DNA of 64,000 nt from Verrucomicrobiia bacterium (GTDB lineage Bacteria > Acidobacteriota > Terriglobia > Acidiferrales > UBA7541), in NCBI GenBank assembly GCA_035482155.1, contig DATHRB010000053.1, forward strand, positions 17,620 to 81,619, read 5' to 3'. Position numbers and translations under genes: made by a program. Positions 58,301 through 64,000 of this stretch are shown here, piece by piece (the stretch's first letter is position 1; each line of letters starts with the position of its first letter). The notes below the pieces were generated by a model that did not search any database, was not told where the DNA came from, and saw nothing but the letters and a program-made list of their open reading frames with translations.

Positions 58301-58848
58301 TGAATCACGCGGTTCGGCCCGAAGACCTCTTAAGCTATCTGCTGTACCCCGAGGTGTTCACCAAATATGACAAGTTCCGGCAGACCTACGGAGATGTGAG
58401 TGTTCTTCCGACTTATGCCTTTTTTTATGGCTTGCGATCGGGAGAAGAAATCACCGTAGAGATCGAGGCTGGAAAATCGCTGGTCATCAGGTTCCTGACC
58501 GCCAGCGAGCCGCATCCTGATGGTACGCGTACGTTATTTTTCGAATTAAATGGGCAGCCGCGAGAAGTTAATGTTCGTGACCGTGCGTTGCGAGTTGTAG
58601 AACGATCGCATCCTAAAGCGGATCCTGCAGACTCGGGGCAGGTCGCGGCTCCTACCGCGGGAGTCATCAGTGGGATTGCAGTGAAAGCAAATCAGGCCGT
58701 GGAGCGCGGGGCGAAATTATTAACGCTGGAAGCCATGAAGATGCAATCCAATATTTATGCGCCTATAACAGGAAAAATTGCCAAGCTGCTGGTATCCCCA
58801 GGGCAGAATGTGGAAGCGAAGGACCTACTCGTCACCATTACTCCATGA
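55390..58848 (+). CDS. pyc: Pyruvate carboxylase
   Basis: BC domain (ANRSEIA, HPGYGFLSEN, GGGGRGMR), CT domain (RDAHQSL, IKDMAG, HTHDTSG), biotin motif EAMKM. Confidence 0.97.
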   Translation: MKSNRPIRKLLAANRSEIAIRIFRAANELGLRTVAIYSQEDRLALHRFKADEAYLIGAGKGPVEAYLDIPGIVALAKEKEVDAIHPGYGFLSENPAFARACEKAGIKFVGPTPDLLELLGDKTAARRLAASAGVAVLPGTAKPVKTNAAAHKAAGEIGYPVMVKAAMGGGGRGMRVVHDAAELDRLLEEAQGEARSAFGDGSVFLEKYLARARHLEVQILGDEYGELLHLYERDCSVQRRHQKVVEVAPAANLAARVRSELCEAAVKLAREAGYRNAGTVEFLYDVDAAKFYFIEVNPRIQVEHTVTEMVTGIDLVRSQILVAQGHHLHEAPLSLPAQEKIPLYGAALQCRVTTEDPANNFSPDYGKLSTYRSPAGFGIRLDGGTAYAGAILAAYYDSLLVKVTAWGANLPEACQRMDRALREFRIRGVKTNIPFVENVVNHPKFRAGDVTTSFLDESPELFRFRTRGDRATKLLSYLGDVILNGNPEVKGKKAPETRETAVVPAAPGMDIPDGSRQLLHKLGPEKFAAWAKKEKRLLITDTTFRDAHQSLMATRVRTHDLLATAGAVARRLPNLFSLEMWGGATFDTSLRFLHEDPWQRLRDLRIRVPNICFQMLLRGANAVGYASYPDNVIVEFVREAHGQGIDIFRIFDSLNAIDNMRVSIDAVLETGAVCEPAICYTGDILDGARPKYSLKYYVALAQQLEKLGAHFLAIKDMAGLCKPYAAYELVKVLRQEIGIPVHFHTHDTSGLNAASILKAAEAGVDVADAAVAAMSGGTSQPNLNAIVESLRHTRRDTQLDIETLNECSDYWETVRGFYGPFDSGPKSGSARLYQHEIPGGQYTNLREQATSMGLGQRWREAEKMYAEVNQLFGDIVKVTPSSKVVGDMALFLMANDLHPADILALDEKHDVSLPNSVVEMFSGVLGVPPGGWPKKLQKIILRGQNPVRGRPGASLEDVDLDKEQKALEKKVNHAVRPEDLLSYLLYPEVFTKYDKFRQTYGDVSVLPTYAFFYGLRSGEEITVEIEAGKSLVIRFLTASEPHPDGTRTLFFELNGQPREVNVRDRALRVVERSHPKADPADSGQVAAPTAGVISGIAVKANQAVERGAKLLTLEAMKMQSNIYAPITGKIAKLLVSPGQNVEAKDLLVTITP

Positions 58849-59621
58849 CCTTTCGTAAACACGAAAAATTTCCTTCCGAAGTCTTAAAAAATGAGCGGGA
58901 TCTTGTTGTTTATCTGCCTCTGGGCTATGAGGGGCAGGGCACGCGACGTTTTCCTGTGCTGTATTTGCACGATGGGCAAAATCTCTTCGACGGCTCGACG
59001 GCGTTTGTTCCGGGCTTGGACTGGCGCGTGGGCGAAACCGCGGATCACATGATCGGTAGCGGCGCGGTTGAGCCGCTGATTATCGTGGGGATTTATAATT
59101 TGGGCGAGCAACGCATTCGGGAGTACACGCCCACGCGGGTACCCAAGCTGGGCGGCGGGCGTGCGGATCGTTACGGAAAATTCCTGATCAACGAACTGAA
59201 ACCATTTATTGATCGAGAATACCGGACCCTCGGGGATTCCGCGACTACGGGATTGGGTGGCTCATCGCTGGGCGGCCTGGTGTCGCTGTACGTAGGACTG
59301 AAATTTCCGCAAGTATTTGGGCAGCTGGCGGCGCTTTCCCCCTCAGTGTGGTGGAACCAGCGGGTGATGCATCGCTTCGCTGCCACTGTGCAAGCTGAGC
59401 CCCGCCCGCGCATCTGGCTGGACATCGGCACTCGCGAAGGGGCGCAGATTGTGCGGGACGTTGAAAATTTTCGGGACGTGCTGGTGAAAAAAGGCTGGCA
59501 GCTCGAGCAGGATCTGCACTACGAACGAGTGGAAGGCGCGGAGCACAACGAAGCGGCGTGGTCACAGCGCGTCGGGCCAGTGTTGCAATTCCTCTTCCCA
59601 GCGGGGAATAAGAACGTATAA
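58845..59621 (+). CDS. Alpha/beta-hydrolase esterase (IroE/Fes-like)
   Basis: VLYLHDGQN, nucleophile GGSSLGG, HNEAAW; ATGA overlap with the pyc stop. Confidence 0.88.
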   Translation: MTFRKHEKFPSEVLKNERDLVVYLPLGYEGQGTRRFPVLYLHDGQNLFDGSTAFVPGLDWRVGETADHMIGSGAVEPLIIVGIYNLGEQRIREYTPTRVPKLGGGRADRYGKFLINELKPFIDREYRTLGDSATTGLGGSSLGGLVSLYVGLKFPQVFGQLAALSPSVWWNQRVMHRFAATVQAEPRPRIWLDIGTREGAQIVRDVENFRDVLVKKGWQLEQDLHYERVEGAEHNEAAWSQRVGPVLQFLFPAGNKNV

Positions 59622-59711
59622 TCCGCGCGCTGTGCGGTTTGATGAATTTTGAATTTATGTGCGCTATCATCGCGCGGTTTAGAGATTCCCGATAAAGTTT
59701 GCAGGGGCTTC

Positions 59712-60917
59712 ATGCCGGATCAGAAACCGCTGACAATTCTGTGCGTAACTTCCTACGAAAAAGGGCAGGAGTTTATCCGTACGTGTAAAGCGATGGGTTG
59801 TCGCGTGCTACTTCTAACCGTGGAAAAACTAAAGGATGGCGACTGGCCACGGGGGTGCCTCGATGGCATTTTTACCATGCCTGAGGATCTTCCGCTGCAG
59901 GGCTTGATCTATTCAGTGAGTTATATCGCGCGGTCGCAGCGGATTGACCGCATCGTGGCGCTCGACGAATTCGATATGGAGAATGTGTCAGCGCTGCGGG
60001 AACATTTGCGCATCCCCGGCATGGGCCTGACTACCGTGCGCTACTTTCGCGACAAGCTTTCCATGCGCGCGCGGGCAAAGGAAGCGGGCATCGCGGTTCC
60101 CGAATTTGTGCCGGTTCTGAATTACGACGACCTGCGCGAGTATATGGCGCAGGTGCCGGGGCCGTGGCTCTTGAAGCCGCGCTCGCAGGCCTCGGGCATC
60201 GGGATGAAGAAGATCCACGCGCCGGACGAGCTTTGGCCGCGGCTTGACGAGTTGGGTGATCAGCAATCTTTTTATTTACTGGAGCATTTCGTTCCCGGGA
60301 CCGTTTACCACGTGGACAGCATTGCGTCGGAGCGCGAGGTGGTTTTCGCAGAGGCTCACAAATACGGGACGCCACCACTGACGACTTCTCACCAGGGCGG
60401 GGTTTTCACGACGAGTACTTTGCCCCCGGATGCGCCAGAGTACGCGGAGCTTCTGTCGCTCAATCGAAAGGTTCTCGGCGAATTGGGTTTCGTACGCGGT
60501 GTTACGCATGCTGAATTTCTGGAAGCGGATTCCGACGGCAGGTTTTACTTCATTGAAGTGGCAGCGCGGGTTGGCGGAGCATTTATCAGTGACGTGATTG
60601 AAGCCGCTACGGGAATTAATTTATGGCGGGAATGGGCGCGGCTGGAAGTTGGTGCAGGCAAGGAGCCTTATCAGCTTCCGCCTCACAGGCGTGAATACGC
60701 CGCCGTCATTCTGTCACTGGCGCGCCAGGAACATCCGAACACTTCGGCCTACAACGATCCGGAAATCGTGCGGCACATTTCAAAATATCACCATGCCGGA
60801 TTGATTTTGAGGGCGACCAGCTCTGCGCGGCTGCAGCAATTAATTACCTCCTATGCTGAGCGTTTCCAGCAGGATTTTCTGGCGACGCAACCGGTGCCGG
60901 ACAAACCAACTTTTTAA
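59712..60917 (+). CDS. ATP-grasp domain protein (putative carboxylate-amine ligase)
   Basis: FRDKLSMR, LLKPRSQASGIG, EHFVPG, HAEF, FIEVAARVGG. Confidence 0.85.
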   Translation: MPDQKPLTILCVTSYEKGQEFIRTCKAMGCRVLLLTVEKLKDGDWPRGCLDGIFTMPEDLPLQGLIYSVSYIARSQRIDRIVALDEFDMENVSALREHLRIPGMGLTTVRYFRDKLSMRARAKEAGIAVPEFVPVLNYDDLREYMAQVPGPWLLKPRSQASGIGMKKIHAPDELWPRLDELGDQQSFYLLEHFVPGTVYHVDSIASEREVVFAEAHKYGTPPLTTSHQGGVFTTSTLPPDAPEYAELLSLNRKVLGELGFVRGVTHAEFLEADSDGRFYFIEVAARVGGAFISDVIEAATGINLWREWARLEVGAGKEPYQLPPHRREYAAVILSLARQEHPNTSAYNDPEIVRHISKYHHAGLILRATSSARLQQLITSYAERFQQDFLATQPVPDKPTF

Positions 60918-61173
60918 TGCGGGCCTCGTTGGGCCGACTTAATACCGCGGCGCAGGTCCGCATCTTGTAGATATTAAAATTAAATTAATGCGAGATTTTG
61001 CATGACAAACGCGCATTATTTTGTGTTATGTTTGCGCCCCCTGTCCTCTGGTCCAGTAACTGAAACGCACGAGCGGGCCACGCACCGTTTGCAAGTGCAC
61101 ATCCCAAGGCATAGAGTTTGCTTTACCCGGTTGGACGTCTTGTAGTTTTGGGGGCTGTCCCTTGGGAGGAACG

Positions 61174-61725
61174 ATGTGGAGTAACAAGAAACCGGAAACG
61201 CCACAGGCTGCGGAACCGGAGCCAAGAAAATTCAATTTCAATGAGCCGCCGAAGCCTGCTACGGCGACCTTGGAGGGGACAAAGAATATGGCAACAGGTA
61301 ATGATGCAATTCGTCCGCTGGGAAATACCGGAGACCGTACAGGAACGGGAGCGCGACTTGGCTCCAGTCTGCACGTTAAAGGCGAGATTTCCGGGAATGA
61401 AGATCTGCTGATCGACGGCACGGTCGAAGGACTGATCACGCTGGATGAGCGGAAGCTGACTGTCGGCGCAAGCGCCAAAGTCACGGCGGATATTATCGCA
61501 CGTGAAGTTGTGGTTTATGGCACGGTGAAGGGTAATCTCCGGGCTAAGGATCGCATCGAAATCAAGAAGGACGGGTCCGTGAACGGCGACCTGACCACCG
61601 CGCGCATCATGATCGAAGACGGCGCGTATTTTAAGGGTTCCGTGGAAATCGATCGCACTTCGGATAAAGAATCGTCCGGCGCGAACGCGTTTGCGCGTGT
61701 TCCGGCAACCGCGAAAACTATTTAA
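61174..61725 (+). CDS. Bactofilin (polymer-forming cytoskeletal protein)
   Basis: GEISGNEDLLIDGTVEG ... VNGDLTTARIMIEDGAYFKG beta-helix; GGAGG SD before ATG 61174. Confidence 0.9.
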   Translation: MWSNKKPETPQAAEPEPRKFNFNEPPKPATATLEGTKNMATGNDAIRPLGNTGDRTGTGARLGSSLHVKGEISGNEDLLIDGTVEGLITLDERKLTVGASAKVTADIIAREVVVYGTVKGNLRAKDRIEIKKDGSVNGDLTTARIMIEDGAYFKGSVEIDRTSDKESSGANAFARVPATAKTI

Positions 61726-61745
61726 CTCTCCCACTTTCAAATCCG

Positions 61746-61784
61746 ACGGCGGCGAGGTCAATTCCTCGCCGCCGTTTGTATTTT
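61746..61784 (+). terminator. Intrinsic terminator after bactofilin
   Basis: 12-bp perfect stem ACGGCGGCGAGG/CCTCGCCGCCGT followed by TTGTATTTT. Confidence 0.85.
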
Positions 61785-63188
61785 GTGATGATGGGTACCC
61801 CGGGGCGCAACTCTCTTTGTGAAAGACGATTTAGGTTGTATTCGCCAATGGCGGATACTTCACCGGGCGAAGCGCATCGTCGCCACATCGTGTACGACGC
61901 GGCACACAAATACGTATTCATCGCTAACGCAGCGATGAATCGGTTGGAAGTCATCTCTGCGGTGGATCAAAGCAGGGTCGCACGCATTTCAGTTTCAGGT
62001 GCGACCAGCGCCGACATATCTGCTGATGGCACTACTTTATGGGCGGGTTCGGCGCTAAATGAAATCGTTGCTGTGGACACCTCGACGCTGCAGATAAAAA
62101 CTCGCTACGAGCAAGCTGGAATTTCGCCGTTCCCGGCAGCTGTTTTCGATCGGCCTATAGAGGTTCTTTCTCTTGCTACCGGGCAATGTTTCGTTCGACT
62201 TCGTCAATCGCGTTCTACTGAAGCGCCGCTGGCTCTTTGGGATCCGGTTTCCAATGCGATGACTGACCTGACACCGACGGCCGGGGCGCTGTTTCAAAAC
62301 GGTCTCGGGCCTATGGCTCGAACCGGCGATCATTCGGCGGTGATTGTGGCTGCAAATGATTCCAGTGGAAATGCTGCGGTCTTCGCGCTTAATGGAGTGG
62401 TGAGCACAGGACCTCGATCGCTAGGCTCCGGTGATAACGCTTCCTGCAAACTTGCGGTCTGGGACGCGAGCTCGCCAGGGCAGTTCAAGATTTCGCCGGC
62501 GAAAGTCGCCGTCCAAGACATTGCAAGCACGGCGGGCGGAAGAGCGTTTGCGCTGCAAACCGCCGCTTCCATCGAAATTCGCGATTCCGGTATGTATGTA
62601 ACAGCCGTGCCGACCGCCGCGGAATTGAACCAAATTCCTGGACGCGTCGCGGTGCCGGGACTCGCGATGCATCCGACCGGGGCGCTTCTCTATCAGCCAT
62701 TTCTCACTGGAGCAGCGGGCGGGCCGAATGCACGGGGCGGTGTGGATATTTCGGACGCGTGTTCGGGCCAATTGCATATGCGGATATTCTTGCCGCAACA
62801 ATTGATGACCGATGTGGATGCGCTTCACGGCGATTTCTTGGCCATTGATGAAAACGGGCAACGGCTGTTTGCCATCACATCACTGGATGGGTCGCCGCAA
62901 AACGCGGCGCTTACGGTTGTGCAATTGGCCTCTGTTCCCCTCGCACTGGGAAGCGTTTCATCACCAACGATCTCGGCTGCCGGAGGTACAACGTTCACGA
63001 TTCGAGGGAGCGGTTTTCAAGCGGGGATCAAGGTAGCCATCGGTGGCAAGCCCACGATGCCAACATTGGTGGATATGAATACGCTGACCGTGGTTTCGCC
63101 GCCGGTGCTGACCGGCCCCCAGCAGTTAACGCTAACCAACGTGAACGGCGAGACTGTTACAGTGGACGCTGCGGTCATCGCCAATTAG
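61776..63188 (+). CDS. YncE-like beta-propeller + IPT/TIG domain protein, possibly 5'-truncated
   Basis: YVTN-like repeats (VFIANAAMNRLEVIS, DISADGTTLW); C-terminal GGTTFTIRGSGF TIG domain; no signal peptide. Confidence 0.6.
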   Translation: MYFVMMGTPGRNSLCERRFRLYSPMADTSPGEAHRRHIVYDAAHKYVFIANAAMNRLEVISAVDQSRVARISVSGATSADISADGTTLWAGSALNEIVAVDTSTLQIKTRYEQAGISPFPAAVFDRPIEVLSLATGQCFVRLRQSRSTEAPLALWDPVSNAMTDLTPTAGALFQNGLGPMARTGDHSAVIVAANDSSGNAAVFALNGVVSTGPRSLGSGDNASCKLAVWDASSPGQFKISPAKVAVQDIASTAGGRAFALQTAASIEIRDSGMYVTAVPTAAELNQIPGRVAVPGLAMHPTGALLYQPFLTGAAGGPNARGGVDISDACSGQLHMRIFLPQQLMTDVDALHGDFLAIDENGQRLFAITSLDGSPQNAALTVVQLASVPLALGSVSSPTISAAGGTTFTIRGSGFQAGIKVAIGGKPTMPTLVDMNTLTVVSPPVLTGPQQLTLTNVNGETVTVDAAVIAN

Positions 63189-63259
63189 TTACTAACTTTT
63201 CACGCCTGGCTTCATCCAAATTAACGACTACTCTTACTCATTCAATTTTGGAGCGAAAG

Positions 63260-64000
63260 ATGCAGACTCGCAAACTCGGTAATTCTGACCTGAATATAAC
63301 TCGCACAGGTTTTGGCGCGTGGGCTATCGGCGGAGGCGGTTGGGAATTCGGTTGGGGAAATCAGGAAGACAACGATTCCATTGCGGCCATCAAACGTGCG
63401 TTGGAATTGGGTGTCAACTGGATTGATACGGCTGCGGTGTATGGCACCGGGCATTCGGAAGAGGTCGTCGCGAAGGCTCTGACGGAATGGCAAGGAGCGC
63501 GGCCTTACATTTTTACGAAATGTTCGATGGTTTGGGATGAGCAGCGCAAAGTTCGCAACGAATACAGCGCCGATTCCATTCGCCGTGAATGCGAAGCCAG
63601 TTTACGCCGGCTGCGGGTCAGCGCGATCGATCTTTATCAGATGCATTGGCCGCCCGCAGATAACGGCGGTGGTTTGGAAGAAGCGTGGCGAACGATGGCT
63701 GCGCTGCAGAAGGAAGGCAAAGTTCGCTGGATTGGAGTTTCTAATTTTACCGTCGAGCAATTGAAACGCGCTGAAAAAATCGCACCGGTCACTTCACTGC
63801 AACCGCCATATTCGCTGATTCGCCGTCAGATTGAAGCTGAAATTCTTCCGTATTGCGAAAAGCGGGGAATCGGTGTGATTTCCTATTCTCCGATGGCTTC
63901 CGGTTTACTAACAGGAGCGATGACCCGTGAGCGTGCGGCGGCATTGCCCGCGAGCGACTTTCGTAGCCGCGATGCTGAATTTAAGGAGCCGCGACTTTCC
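63260..64000 (+). CDS. Aldo/keto reductase (partial, runs off the window end)
   Basis: Not in the ORF track. MQTRKLGNSDL..GFGAWAIGG, WIDTAAVYG, IFTKC, IDLYQMHWP, IGVSNF, SLQPPYS. Confidence 0.92.
   Translation, partial: MQTRKLGNSDLNITRTGFGAWAIGGGGWEFGWGNQEDNDSIAAIKRALELGVNWIDTAAVYGTGHSEEVVAKALTEWQGARPYIFTKCSMVWDEQRKVRNEYSADSIRRECEASLRRLRVSAIDLYQMHWPPADNGGGLEEAWRTMAALQKEGKVRWIGVSNFTVEQLKRAEKIAPVTSLQPPYSLIRRQIEAEILPYCEKRGIGVISYSPMASGLLTGAMTRERAAALPASDFRSRDAEFKEPRLS

Noticed and set aside
61008-61036. dif-like sequence AACGCGCATTA-TTTTGTG-TTATGTTTGCG
   Set aside because: The spacer is 7 nt rather than 6, the XerD arm lacks the AAAT end, and the skew flip in this window has origin-type rather than terminus-type polarity.
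61123-61761. 212-aa minus-strand ORF, and the many similar antisense ORFs over ileS, pyc, the helicase, kor and VWA genes
   Set aside because: Shadow ORFs expected at this GC content; no motifs, and fully overlapped by confident genes.
1-64000. CRISPR arrays, tRNA/rRNA, transposases, integrases, prophage or defence genes
   Set aside because: None seen by eye. The Cas4-like nuclease domain is part of a repair helicase, with no cas genes or array nearby.

Overview
This window looks like an ordinary chromosomal segment of an Acidobacteriota bacterium, probably Terriglobia-like. That assignment is inferred from three acidobacterial-type VWA genes, TonB-C proteins, a carboxypeptidase-regulatory-domain protein and TTC-based LexA boxes. 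About 52 protein genes are recognisable. Catabolism: iolD/iolB, a lactate dehydrogenase and permease, nagB with an SSS transporter and a GH63-like hydrolase. Housekeeping: ileS-lspA-rluD, recA, lexA, pyc, 2-oxoacid:ferredoxin oxidoreductase alpha/beta, thiolase and 3-hydroxybutyryl-CoA dehydrogenase. Also present are a UvrD/PcrA helicase fused to a PD-(D/E)XK nuclease and an ECF sigma/anti-sigma/zinc-ribbon module. I saw no tRNA, rRNA, CRISPR array, transposase, integrase or prophage gene. The main signals not explained by the ORF track are: (1) a shared 11-bp-periodic TTCGC motif, a candidate LexA/SOS box, upstream of lexA, recA and the stand-alone helicase-nuclease; (2) a 15-codon Lys-rich micro-ORF with a strong Shine-Dalgarno and its own terminator; (3) a nested multi-stem RNA-like element upstream of a transpeptidase gene; (4) a four-copy REP-like palindrome family; (5) a degenerate tandem repeat between two DinB-family genes; (6) an apparent C-to-G strand-skew flip near 37-39 kb; (7) a frameshifted ROK/polyphosphate-glucokinase remnant; and (8) a pyc-esterase-ATP-grasp gene run of unknown function. 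All family assignments come from motif recognition by eye, with no database searches.
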